Shown in pieces: positions 1 to 12,473 of a DNA stretch of 64,000 nt (position 1 is its first letter; each line of letters begins with the position of its first letter). The stretch is from Chrysomallon squamiferum (lineage: Eukaryota; Animalia; Mollusca), in the NCBI GenBank assembly GCA_012295275.1, contig CM022665.1, positions 10,416,001-10,480,000 on the forward strand, given 5' to 3'. The position numbers were made by a program, and so were the translations under genes. The notes under the pieces were generated by a model that saw only the letters and a list, made by a program, of their open reading frames with translations, did not search any database and had not been told where the DNA came from.

Positions 1-199
1 AATCAGTCAATGTTTACCTTTTTTCATTATTACATTACTTTTTCAAATATTTAAAAAATATATATATATAAAAAAATACCCACAAATATCTCTACGTAGT
101 TTAGCCAAGTGCGTAGCCCTTTTTAGCAACTGACAGAGACTTTTGCTGTCAAAGAATTTAGTTCTTAGAGTTATCTGGCACCAGAGGAGACTGTAGCAG

Positions 200-375
200 G
201 CACCAGACATGGTCAGAGCATTCTAATGTGTGTTGCCTCCAGTTTCGCAGATATAGTCTCATTAATATTTCCAAGATCTTTCCCAAACGCTTTCCATCGG
301 ATGTCAACAATATCCACAAGATGGCCATTTATTGTAATGTTCTGATTCAAAATTTTACATTTAAATCGTTCATGG
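200..375 (-). mobile_element. Possible highly decayed RTE-type LINE reverse transcriptase 3' fragment
   Basis: Minus-strand translation FKCKILNQNITIN...NINETISAKLEATHIRML, which becomes SWNINETISAKLEATHIRML with a 1-nt frameshift. It resembles, from memory, the post-RT segment of RTE LINE ORF2 (F..ILTNK.ISI...CE.W.IS...KLEA.EM..LRRML). Short and degenerate, and no search was run. Confidence 0.3.
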
Positions 376-1258
376 CAATTGATATACATATTCAGTGCCT
401 GTACAAAATACAGAGCAACTACGCTGGAAGCAACCACTGAATTTTGAAACTGAGACTGTAATATTCTTGTTTTTCATTTTTGTGTTCGTTTTTTTTCCCA
501 ATTAGAGTTTAAAAAAATTATTGTCAAGGGAATTGAATTCACCAAACTGTTCTGAACGGCAGCGGAAACAATTAGATTCATGGTGTATTCCTTTAACATA
601 TTGGTCTTGATGTTAAAGTGATTACTGTGGCTCAAAAGCGAGAGTTACTAGGATCGATTCTAGATAAGCTTCTTATCGAGAGTAAACTAGGGAAGAAGAT
701 AAATAGTTTTAATCAGTCTTCTAAAACCATCTAACCTTATTCTGAACAGACAACCAAAATGAAGAACAAGCGCTGACAGAATAACGTCAAGACTTTTCCT
801 TCACAAGCTATAAGAACAGTCAAATTGTGTTCTATACTTCTACTCCGTTTAAAAAGAACGTATACCCAGAGGAGGGGAGTGTTCTGTTATTACGTACGTG
901 GAATGTGCAGGGGGCAAAGGGTTCGCTAACAAAGTGTGTACGTCGGTAGATGGAACTGAAAAATGCAGCCATGATAGAGTTTTAAATTCCAGTCAAATGT
1001 CAAGTTTGTTTAAACTATTTAAATAAACGTAACTTGTGTTAGTTCTTGAATGTTTAATTCAGTGTAAAATGTATGAAATTTATGTTCATGACGGATTCCC
1101 GTTCATTTCTTCAATTTTTAAAAAGAATTTTATGGAAGATCGATCTACGCCCTTCACATATGAATAGAGCTAACAATTTTCTGGCGTATGAACGTGCTCT
1201 AAAGGAGGGAAAATTTATTTTAAAAAAAAAAAATGTTTTTTTTTTTTTATAGTTGTTT

Positions 1259-1298
<40 letters not shown>

Positions 1299-2108
1299 AT
1301 TTTGGGTATAAATACTTTACCGGACGTTTCCAAACAAACTGATATCTTTTCTGGAATTCGGTTTACTTGATTCGAAAAATTAAACTTTTCAAGCAGACAA
1401 TTCATTATGAGAGCAGCAATAAAACGGTTAAAGAACTCACGTCCCTTAATCTTCAAATCTCTCTTGATTCAAATATAAATATATATTTTATTTCAGTTTA
1501 AGTAACGAATTTACAGTTTGATCACTAGATAACTAACTTGCTTACGGTCCCTTTTATCCACGTTAGATTTAACGTATAAATCAAAAATCCCCCACCCCCA
1601 AAAAAAAAAAAAAAAAAAAAAAAAAGAACAAAAAAAACAGGATTTCATTTCAACAATAACTGTTGACAACTTGAAATGCGAATCTCCATCAAACTGGATC
1701 TTCTTCCTCTATACGTCAGGGTTAAGGGATGTCATACCTTTAATTTAAACACGTATTTCATGTTTGAGAGGCTGGCGACTGGGGCAGATAGACGCCAGCA
1801 CATGACAGTGTTAATTTCGGCGTGTAATTGACGTGACACTGTTATCGACGTACATCAAGATGCAGATACGGACGACCGCGAGTCATTAGCTTCTGCCGAC
1901 AGAGGAGACTTTTGTTCGCTTGCCAGTCACCACGACAAGCGATTCAATATTTTAATCATCTCGTATTTTCGGATAACATGATATGCCTGACCCATTTATA
2001 GTTGATCTACTTACGACCTACTCTAACCAGTTAGGTGAAGGAATAAAACGATAATATACGATTCACCTGGTTCGAATCCCATTTACTACACTCTTAATAT
2101 TTAATTTT

Positions 2109-2139
<31 letters not shown>

Positions 2140-2348
2140 TTGTTATTTATTTTATTTATTTATTATTATTATTATTTTAATGATATTGTTCTTCATAATT
2201 TTTATTTATTTATGTTGTTGTTGTTACATGTAAAAGGTTAATTTCACTTCAGTTATGTTATTACATTTTCATCTATCAAAAAATTGTAGATTATTTATAT
2301 TTTATCTATTTTGTCATTATTTTAACTTTTTTATTTCAGTTTGAAGAC

Positions 2349-2350
<2 letters not shown>

Positions 2351-2393
<43 letters not shown>
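2351..2393. repeat. (AC)n microsatellite
   Basis: Pure AC dinucleotide tract seen directly. Confidence 0.97.
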
Positions 2394-2394
<1 letters not shown>

Positions 2395-2565
2395 TCTGGT
2401 TGAGTATATTTACCACACTTCTCGGGGCAATAAATTACGTAAGATTCACTGTAAAGTGAAACTGTATAGAAATTAATTGTGTTATTCTACCAGTCTTTCA
2501 CAAACGCCACTAGCAACAGTCATAACAGCAAATTGGTTGAGTTGTAAACGTTTTGCTACACAACC

Positions 2566-2589
2566 TAATTGACACCTCGGTGTCAATTA
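2566..2589. promoter_or_regulatory. Perfect 11-bp-arm palindrome resembling a dimeric T-box site with flanking TAAT homeodomain cores
   Basis: TAATTGACACC-TC-GGTGTCAATTA. Compare the Brachyury T-site AATTTCACACCTAGGTGTGAAATT. The palindrome is certain; the function is inferred. Confidence 0.5.
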
Positions 2590-2929
2590 CAACATTAAAA
2601 GTTACTAAAGAAGCATTTGCTTTGTGCGAAGTCAGACGTACCTGTTTCACTGTTTGAAGTTCTATGGCGAGATTATTTTTTAGTACAAAATTATTTCCAG
2701 TGTTTTACTGAAAATGAAAGTTAAACAAGGCATAGAACATAACGTGCTTTTAATTACACTGTTTACTTTATAGTCACATGGGAACTTGAATACTTTTTTC
2801 TTAATTAGTTTTTTACACCTGTAAATAAAGTTTCTAAAATATTAATAATAATAATAATTAATATAAAACGAAAATAAGAACAGCCATGATATCGAGAGTT
2901 CTCAGATCCCATCCTGTTTGTATAATCCT

Positions 2930-3075
2930 GTGAGCTATCTTCCGTTCTAACCAGTACCCCACGACTGGTGTCCTAATATCAAACGTTTCTGTTTTAGGAA
3001 GATGTATAAATTAAAAGTTCTTTACTGCTAATCGGAAATAGCAGCTGTTCCTATGGCGACCACATGTTTCTTCTG
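2930..3075 (+). mobile_element. Decayed SINE central-domain fragment (Meta-domain-like, mollusc type)
   Basis: GAGCTATCTTCCGTTCTAACCAGTACCCCACGACTGGT...GGAAGATGTATAAATTAAAAGTTCTTTACTGCTAATCGGAAATAGCAGC...TGGCGAC. It aligns by eye with the opposite-strand copy at 4615-4725 and resembles the recalled SINE core CCAGTGC.CCACGACTGGT...TGCATATAAAAGATCCCTTGCTGCTAATCGG. Confidence 0.65.
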
Positions 3076-4337
3076 TTGTATTTTGAATATAAAGTCATTA
3101 ATGACTGTGAATAATTTAACAATATTCTGCATTACCCTGAGTAAACATTGATCATAATAATAACAACACCTAAAAACGAGTTATTTACAGTAAAAATTCA
3201 GAAACGGCTGTACAATTTTGTTATTCAACATTTAAAATTTTTCTTTAATTTTTTTTTTTTTTTTTTTTTTTTTTTACAGAAAATGATTAAGATTGTATTT
3301 GTATTTTCCAAATGGTTTAATGATTAATTTGTCAAACAATAATTATAACAATAGTCAAGCCTATTTATTTACCACTGAAATTTTCAAAACAATTCTTGCA
3401 TTCAGTACATTGTTTTACCAAGCCTATTTATACACATGTTGCAATAGTATTCCTTTCTAAACTGATGATAGGTTTAAACATCGATTAAGAGTCGTGGATT
3501 TAAAAATTTAATAATGTAGGTATCATTAGACATTATAAAGAGAAACAACAACAACAAAACAAAACCAAAACAAATTTTTTTTTTTAAAAAGATAATAAAA
3601 ATTAACCCCCAAAAAAAAAAAAAAAAAAACACAACGAAACACAAGAAAGAACAACCCCAGAACTAATGACTCTGAAATAGGGATGTCATATATATATATA
3701 TGCATGGACACAGTCCTATCATGCTTACGTCTGTTTCGAAGCTCAGACTGATGTTTGTGTTCAACATTTTTGAGCATAGACTCTAAACGTTTTTTGATGA
3801 AAAAAAAAAAAAAAAAAAAAAAAAGTTTCAGACAAGAAATGAACAGATAACGACAGATCTGTTTCGGCCACCCAACATGGCCCGAGTTTGTGATGATCAC
3901 ATCAGAGCGTTGTTAAGATTTTACAGCCTTAGTCTTGACAATCAAAAACAGAGAAAAAAAACAAAAAAAAAAACAAAAAACAAAAAAAAAAGCGAAGAAA
4001 AAGAAGAAAGAAAAGAGACTGTGTTTTTATAACTCTGACGTTTTTCGGACTTGAAGGACACGTAAATATCTGTACTCCAGATTAATACTATGATGCAATG
4101 GCAGTTCTGATCTCAGTACACTGTACTCGCTGCCGTCTGTTAGAATCAGCTACCACCCATAGTGCAAAGCGGAAACGTACTAAATGGCGCGACGTTTGCA
4201 GTTTACGTTTTTAATTCCTAAGTCGCCTTCACACCAAATGACATCTCGCTAACGATCTTTGATAGACATCTAAGTGTAATTTCGGAGTGCGTTAAGCTGT
4301 ATTTCGTATCTTGCAAATGTGATTTTAAGATATGATC

Positions 4338-4373
<36 letters not shown>

Positions 4374-4474
4374 GTATTTGAGTGCACTGCGAATTTAAAT
4401 TGGCGTTGAATTAATGATAAGTTATTAAATTTTGTTTAAATGTCATCTCAGAACATTTTAATATTAATGGTTTC

Positions 4475-4740
4475 TAGGAAGGATGGAAGTAATTTTAATT
4501 TTTTTAAATTTTTTATTTTTTATTATTATTTTTTTTAATTTAACGTCGCAGTCAGTTTGTATTATTTAATCTGTATAAATGTTTTATGACGTCACGGTTA
4601 ACGAGTACGCAGTTGAAAGAGTCAACTCGCTGCTGCAGCGTAACAGATGACTCTTTTTTTTTTTTTTCTTTTAGCGGCAAAGAATATTTTGTGTACACCT
4701 TCACGTGGACAGGAAAAAATATACCACAGAATCTGAGAAG
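4475..4740 (-). mobile_element. Decayed SINE fragment, same family as 2930-3075, including its 3' tail region
   Basis: The reverse complement CCTGTCCACGTGAAGGTGTACACAAAATATTCTTTGCCGCTAA...AAAGAGTCATCTGTTAC aligns with 2988-3055. The tail-side sequence AGGAAGGATGGAAG...TTTAACGTCGCAGTCA resembles the recalled gastropod SINE 3' end. Confidence 0.6.
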
Positions 4741-5099
4741 CCAACAGGCTCACGTTATGGACTGAAGCGCATTCCACACACAGTGATTTTCAATCAGCCT
4801 TTGACATATTACCTATCCTCCCCTGATTAATCGCTAATATTTCCACAATAAGATATAGTGACCATCAAGAGGGTCAAATTACAAACTAGTTGAAACAATA
4901 GTCTGACTAATGTTCAAATGCGGGCTGTTCAAATTCATCTGTCTGGTGGTTTGGGCCAGATCAAAGTGTGTCAGTTATTACGGATTAGCGGTGTCTTCAT
5001 AAGCAGATTAGATCCTGTCGTTCATTAGTATTACAGAGATGTAACCAAACACAGTCGAGTAACTTAATACTAATAAATACTGATTATAAGTTATCAAAC

Positions 5100-5366
5100 G
5101 ATAGAGACTCACAGCACAGACAGTGAGACAGACAGATATCAGCACAAAGAGAAAAATATAAATAGAGAAACAAACAAACAAAAAAAGACAGAGAGCAAGA
5201 CAAAACAGTGAGAGAGAGAGAGAGAAGGAGACAGACATGCAATGAGAGAGAGAGACAGAGGGAGAGAAAGAAATACATAGAGACAGAGAAACAGAGAGAG
5301 ACAGAAAGAGAGAGAAAGACAGAGACAGAGAGGCAGTGGGAGACAGAGAGAGGGGGGTAACAAGAA

Positions 5367-5401
<35 letters not shown>

Positions 5402-5404
5402 GGT

Positions 5405-5501
<97 letters not shown>

Positions 5502-5515
5502 ACAAGAAAGAAAGA
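5100..5515. repeat. Degenerate GA/GACA-rich tract ending in a ~90-bp pure (AG)n, with three GGTAACAAGA interruptions
   Basis: Seen directly. It explains the SLSLSL and ERERER ORFs at 5008-5581. Confidence 0.95.
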
Positions 5516-6777
5516 AATACAAATATACTCTCACAGATGGATAGAAGGACGTATGGTTTTACAGACACACACAGATATTAAAACAGGAAAATTTCACTGT
5601 TCTACATTGTGCTAGCTAGCCTGGACCTGGGGCGTTCCCGTGTTGATTAATAATCATTTGATACGTAATGATTACTTAAAACTTAACGGTATATTCCAGC
5701 TGGATTTAAATTACTTTCAGGTTTTATATGCATTATATTTTTAAATATAATTATCAGAAATGTTTATACTTAAACTAAGAACGCTTGTCCGATATAGTAA
5801 GAACAATTGATCAAAACAACTTATTATTATTATTATTATTATTATCCTTTATAAATCTTACTCAAAGAAATTTAATACATCCACCGTATTCCATTAAGAT
5901 CTATTTAATTAAAATGTTTAAACTAATAGGTAATATGATTTAAAAAAAAAAAAAATCTTTTCTTTTTACTAAGTTTATATTTTATATAGCCTACTTCCAT
6001 ATCTCCAAGCTATAATTAGCGGTGTGTCAAGGGAAATGTATTACAACTCATAATAATAAATTATAAATACGATATATATATATATATATATATACATACA
6101 TATTTTTTTTCTCTCTTTCTCTCTCTATCACTTGATAAACTGTAACTAGTTAATTTCGGCTAAGGTTAGGCGGTGCACATTTGCTCACTTCACTCCAAAG
6201 TGGCTACACTTTCAAGCAGCTATGGGAAAATATATTTCTAAGCAAACAAAATAAGGCGGAACCTCCAACGTTACAACAAAAAAAAAAAAAAAAAAAAAAA
6301 AGAAGAAATTTCGCTTCGCCCATATTTCCAAGACCCTCCCAAATATAAGGCAATTAATTCTGTGCACAACGACGCCATTGTGCATGAGTGAGATTTATAA
6401 AGAAAAACTGACCGTTCTGCTAGCTTGGTTGTATCCATAAACCTAAGCATTTATTCATCTGGGATAATATTTTTTATTAGACAGACAACAGACCAGCAGT
6501 ACTAAAGTGGGGTATATCTGCAGCTTTCAGGGAGACTGCACATATAAAATAAATGTTAATAAAACAACGAGCGTGTTATTTCAAGTTGAGTTTATGAGAT
6601 GCGATTTCTCGCCAGTAGTGTGACAGATTGCCGGGATCGATACCCATTAGTTCTTCTATATGTCCTTTTTTATTTATTTTATTTTAATCTTGTTCCAAAA
6701 AGAGCTCCGTAGAAATAATTGTTATTAGAAACTGCGTGTAGAAGATTATTGTACTGTATTTTATAATATTGTATAGT

Positions 6778-6788
6778 AAGTATGTATG

Positions 6789-6822
<34 letters not shown>

Positions 6823-6874
6823 TGTATGTATGTATGTATGTATGTATGTATGTATGTATGTATGTATGTATATA

Positions 6875-6905
<31 letters not shown>
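6778..6905. repeat. (ATGT)n plus (GT)n/(AT)n compound microsatellite
   Basis: Seen directly. Confidence 0.95.
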
Positions 6906-7794
6906 GCATGTAAATAAAATTATGTATCTATTTTTGTATGTGTATATATAATTAGATATTCATGCACGTATACGTGTGTGTGCATGCGTGTATATGTGTA
7001 AGTGCATGTGTGTATTTACGTGTATATGTTCTGTGTATACGTGTAGCTTTTCATCACCGTCATAAATAGGTATTATTTTATTTTGACTGAAGACTTTGAT
7101 TAAAAACACAAAAATAATTAATTAAAGTCTCCATGTTTAAACTGTAGACCTCACAGCTCTCTGTGCTGGAATCTCACCTTTTATTCTTTACAGAGAGTCT
7201 CACCTAAACACGTTTTCACCTGAACACAACATAAAGCGAGGTCCTTCGCACACGTCTTTTGGTAGGCTTTGCAAAAAAAAAAAAAAAAAAAAAAAAAAAC
7301 TGAACAAAAGGACTGGACTTCTAGATACGGGTGCACGATAAAAAAAAAAAAAAAAAAAAAAGAAAGAAAGAAAGAAAAAGAAATTGTCGTATTTGAGAAG
7401 AGGTTTTTCTTCTTTGAGGTTATTTCTTAACACAGTTTGGCGAAAAAGCTTTGATAAACACGCAGCACCAAAGAAAAGATTACGGCGCTTTGAGGAATGT
7501 TTTCATCTTTTTATCTTTTCTGTTTGCCTTCGCGTTAAGCTGTTGGCAGTTAATCGCCGTTTTGTTGACTTGTTGAGGATTACCGTACTTCATCAAAGAC
7601 GCGACTTTCCACTCGGACAGACAGATCTGGAAAACGATTATCCTGCACCAAAAAAGATCAAACGCTTTAAAAAAAAAAAAAAAAAAAAAAAAAGAAGAAG
7701 ACTAACGGGGTCAAATGTGTAACGAAACGAAGAGTGTCGTGTCGTCCTGTGACTGCTAGGTTCGCGTCTCAGTGACCGAACACGAGAACTGAGA

Positions 7795-8038
7795 ATGCAC
7801 ATATCATGACCAGAATGCCAGCATGCACATATCATGACCAGAATGCCAGCATGCACATATCATGACCAGAATGCCAGCATGTACATATCATGCCCAGAAT
7901 GCACATATTATGCCCACAATGCCAGAATGCACATATCATGACCAGAATGCCAGAATGCACATATCATGACCAGAATGCCAGCATGCACATATCATGACCA
8001 GAATGCCAGCATGCACATATCATGCCCAGAATGCCAGA
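7795..8038. repeat. 28-bp minisatellite, about 9 copies
   Basis: Unit ATGCACATATCATGACCAGAATGCCAGC at 7795, 7823, 7851, 7879 (20-bp truncated), 7899, 7927, 7955, 7983 and 8011, with few substitutions. Confidence 0.97.
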
Positions 8039-8539
8039 AGTGTATGTGTGCTAGTGTTTGTTGATAGAGTTAACAGAAGTAGTCTAATTTGCTGAAGTTC
8101 TATTTCACTTGATATCTATCTAAATTGGTACGTATATATCTGTGCTTAGTCCTGTATAACGTGCTTGAATCCAGAATAAGAAAAAACAAGGAAAACCTAA
8201 ATCATTCTTAATGTGATGTATATATGTATACATGTATATGAGTATTTATGTCTGTATGTGTGTGTTTGTGTGTATGTATGTGTGTGTGTTTTTGTGTGTG
8301 TGTGTGTGTGTTATTGCACTCACTTTTGTATGCATGCATATACAGACACATACAGCCATACACATGCACGTAATATTTTATTATATAAACGCACACATAA
8401 AAAGATTCAGTGTGGCTATTTTTAACCCTTTGTTTACTATTAAAGTCTCTGAAAAATATCATCACATTAAGAGAACTAGGAAAATAGGATCGAAACTAAA
8501 TACAAGTCTTGACGATAATATTTTTTTTTTCTTATTTTT

Positions 8540-8580
<41 letters not shown>

Positions 8581-9025
8581 TCATATCTGGTTATAGGACA
8601 CCTGTTTGGGTTTTATTTCGTTTGATATCAACAGTAAAATGGGCGGACAGGAAAGTTAAAACAAAAAAGTTAAAATTCGAGATTTTATCAAAACAGCAGC
8701 TTTCAAATAGATTAATTATAAATGAGAAAAAATATTTTAAGATCGTTTAAATATTTGATAACATGTATATTTTTCAGTAATTAGTCGCATGTGTAGAGAT
8801 GCATGGGAGCATATGTGCATGTGTTTTTGTATGTGTATGTATATATGTGCGTATGTATGTATGTATGTATGATGTATGTATGTGTATGTATGTATGTATG
8901 TATGAAAGTACTATGTGTATGTATGTATGTATGTATGAAAGTACATATATGAAATCACGTGTGTTATTCAGCAGTTAACCTTTACTTTCGTTGTTGTTCT
9001 TTCTTTTTATACGTAGAAAATCGAG

Positions 9026-9058
<33 letters not shown>

Positions 9059-9477
9059 TTTTGTCTAAACGAAACACTCGAACACCTAGACATAATAAAA
9101 CAGTTTTTGAAAAAACACAGTAACAAAAAAGTGATAAAGAAAGCGCAAATTCGAGACGTTTTTGCTCCGTAGGCCGTCATTAATAGAACTTGTAAAACGA
9201 TCCGCTGAACGCCAGCAAATAACTGGTCTGAAATGAATTAATTTGAAGCCGTTCTGTGCAGCGTAGAAACACTGCGTCACCTTACTTTTGTGAGCCATTT
9301 GAGGCAAATTGTTCTCTTTCTTTTTTGTTTCCGAACTAAAAACCTAGGTAAGATCTCAAAGGTGAAGAGGCGATCACCTAAGAATGTGTTGTTTTCGTTT
9401 TGATACAGAGAACATAAGGAAAACAGTTTAAGTTTAACAAAAAAAATGTTTAGCCTGGTGAGATAATTGGCTAACCG

Positions 9478-9508
<31 letters not shown>

Positions 9509-10048
9509 CCTGTCAGTGTTTTTATGAAAAAGTGTTTATAGAAAATAAGACTCTTGTGAGAAAATAAAATGTCAGATATATTATGCTTTCTTCTTCTTCT
9601 TTTTTTTTTCTTTTGTTTGTTTGTTGTTGTTTTTTTTTTTTTGTTGTTGTTTTTTTTTTGTTTTTTTTTTTTTTTTTTTTTTTTTGTTATTTAATACATT
9701 ATTGGGGTTTTTTTTGCAGATAAGATATAAAGTTTGAATAAATAAATCAATTCAATGAGTTGAGAAGTGAATATTTAAGTTTATATATATATACACACAC
9801 ACACACGTGTATATATATATATATATATATAAAAAATGAACTATACAATTTTTTTGACAGTGTAATTAACTCTCACCATAATAATAATTTATGCGAATAA
9901 CAGAATCTAAATGACAAGAGGCATATCAAATTCTGTATCCTCCAGTTTTAACATCGATAATGTCGATGTAGAATTTTTTTTTTTTTTTTTTACTGGTATT
10001 CAAGATCTTTCAAACGTTTTCTATTTAGAGCAGTGTGAGTCACTATTT

Positions 10049-10083
<35 letters not shown>

Positions 10084-10086
<3 letters not shown>

Positions 10087-10208
10087 GAAAATAAATTGCT
10101 ACATATAAAAAAGTAATAGTTTTTTTTTGTTTTTTTTTTTTTTTTTTTTTTTGGTTGGTTGTTTTTTTTTAGAAGGAAAATAAATTGCTACCTATAAAAA
10201 AAGTAATA
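10084..10208. repeat. Local direct duplication of a ~35-bp unit, each copy preceded by poly(T)
   Basis: AAGGAAAATAAATTGCTAC(A/C)TATAAAAAAGTAATA at 10084 and 10173. Confidence 0.9.
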
Positions 10209-10520
10209 TTTTTTTTTTTCGTTTTTTTTTTTTTTTCCTTTTCTTTTTTCATTTATCAGTTTGTTTGTTTTATTTTATTTTATTTTTATTTTAGTTGTTG
10301 TTGTTTTTTTTCATTTGTTGCTATTTATGTTTTTCAAATCCTAAATTAGTATATCATTGCAAAGTCGACGTAAGTAATGGATTAAAATTATTTATTTTAT
10401 TTTATTATATTTTATTTTATTTTATTTATTTATTTTTTTATTGTTACTTTTTTCTTATTATTATTACTCATTTTATCCTAAATGAATAAAAACTTTGAAA
10501 AGTTAACGTAATAGGTTCTG

Positions 10521-10556
<36 letters not shown>

Positions 10557-11281
10557 CTTTCTTACTTATTTATTTATTAATTTTTAATTCTAAATTAGCA
10601 TATCATTACAAAGTTAATGTAACTAACAGGTTATTAATTTTCTTTCTTAATGTTCGAAGCGATAAAACAAAACAATTTTTATTTCTTTCTTTTTTTCACA
10701 TTGTTACCAAAGATGTCCATAAATAAATAAAATATTCATTTGCAGTTTTTCAAAATATATCAGTTATAAGTCTGTTTGTAACAATAATTAAAATAACTCA
10801 TTATCTCTTCATTTTTTTAACCATTCATGCATAATTATTGTTTAATTCTGCAACAAAATACTTAAATCGATTTTGTATTAAATTATTAATTTGCATTTAC
10901 ATACTTTATTATGCTGTGCAGCATGTTATGAGATACTATATTATACCTTTGTGTATCTAACACAAGTTTCACTTTGCATTTAATACCTCGGCTTTTTCCT
11001 TGATCTTCCTAGAATAAATTACAATCTTAGAACTGTTGAAATTAATTAATAAATTACATAGTAATTAAATATTTAGTACTGATGTAATTTATTACATAGA
11101 TGTAACCGTTACTTATTAAATATGTTCACTATTCGTTTTGTACTATATATTTATTTGTACATGATTCCAACGTTTGCTAATAATATAGTGTGACAATAGT
11201 ATATTGAAAATTCATGTAAAACATTTGATTTCTTAATACATTACCGCAATTCTTTTTTATTTACAAAGTTTTTGGTCTGGG

Positions 11282-11436
11282 ACATACGTACATACATGCG
11301 TATGTACATGCATACATACAAACATACATTCATGCATACATACATACATACATACATACATACATACATACATACATACATACATACATACATACATACA
11401 CGCATACATGCCTACATGCATGTATACATACATACA

Positions 11437-11503
<67 letters not shown>

Positions 11504-11564
11504 GCCGACAGAGATATATGCTGTATATATATGAGTGTGTGTGTGTGTGTGTGTGTGTGTACAT

Positions 11565-11599
<35 letters not shown>

Positions 11600-11601
11600 C
11601 A
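11282..11601. repeat. (ACAT)n/(AT)n/(GT)n/(AC)n compound microsatellite
   Basis: Seen directly. It explains five overlapping spurious ORFs. Confidence 0.95.
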
Positions 11602-12272
11602 TAATTAAAGAGTAAAAGCAAATAACAAATTGGACATAACTGTCACTTATGCTAAGTAATCGGACACATTGAGGAGCTGTATATATTGACACGCATTTTG
11701 ACTTCTTTGTAATATATATATACACACGAAACATTGAGAATACTGACAAAATCGGACAGGCAACGCCTTTCAAATAATCTGTGTTAGTTGTCCTGTAAGC
11801 TGTACAGAGATTTTTTTTTTTTTTCTCGATTGAAGGACATATCTGGATCTTTCATGCGGGGAGATGTTACTCTTTTTTATATAGTTTTCCCTCCTTCTTT
11901 TTATTGCTGTGTGGTTTCCAGTTCACGTAACATGTAAACAAGTTTATAGATAGGTCAGTGAAGCGTGCAATTAAACAATCTTTGTTACAGAGGTGAAACA
12001 CAGGTAACATGTCGTCACACGATGAATCATATATTGCAATACTGAAGACGTTATCACACGGCATCATTTTAAATAACCATTTCAGATTTTATTATTATTA
12101 TTTATTATTTTTTTTTTTTTTTTTTTTTAAACTCTTCGTTTTTTCTACCTGATCATAGGACAAATGTTACACGTTTTACGATAAGTGTCTAAAAATCTGT
12201 AAAGTTTTATTTGATTCAGGTATATAATTTATAATAATAAAAAAAAAAAAAAAAAAAAAATAGCACCTACCA

Positions 12273-12473
12273 GGTGGAGATTACTAAAATGTGTAGAATT
12301 TTGAAAGTTTTATTTCATCATCGTAAATATTTTAATTTAAAAAAAAAAATTTTTAACTCTTTTGTTTTGGAGGAAATTACTAAAATATCTAGAAATTTTG
12401 AAAGTTTAGAATTAATATATTTATTTAACATAAAAAAAAAAAAAAAACCATTCAAAAATGGTGATTACTAAAA
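12273..12473. repeat. Degenerate ~95-bp-period tandem repeat (2 full cores plus 1 partial)
   Basis: GGTGGAGATTACTAAAATGTGTAGAATTTTGAAAGTTT (12273), GGAGGAAATTACTAAAATATCTAGAAATTTTGAAAGTTT (12369), GGTGATTACTAAAA (12460). Confidence 0.75.

Noticed and set aside
870-1205. Possible Harbinger-like MITE (GGGAGTGTTC...TTACGTACG at left, ATGAACGTGCTCT at right)
   Set aside because: The putative terminal repeats are too poorly complementary to support a call.
5008-5581. Longest ORFs (186 aa SLSL..., ERER...) and all similar poly-L, V, S, I, N, YIHT and CVCV ORFs across the window
   Set aside because: They are translations of microsatellites and homopolymers that lack stop codons. There are no domains or codon structure.
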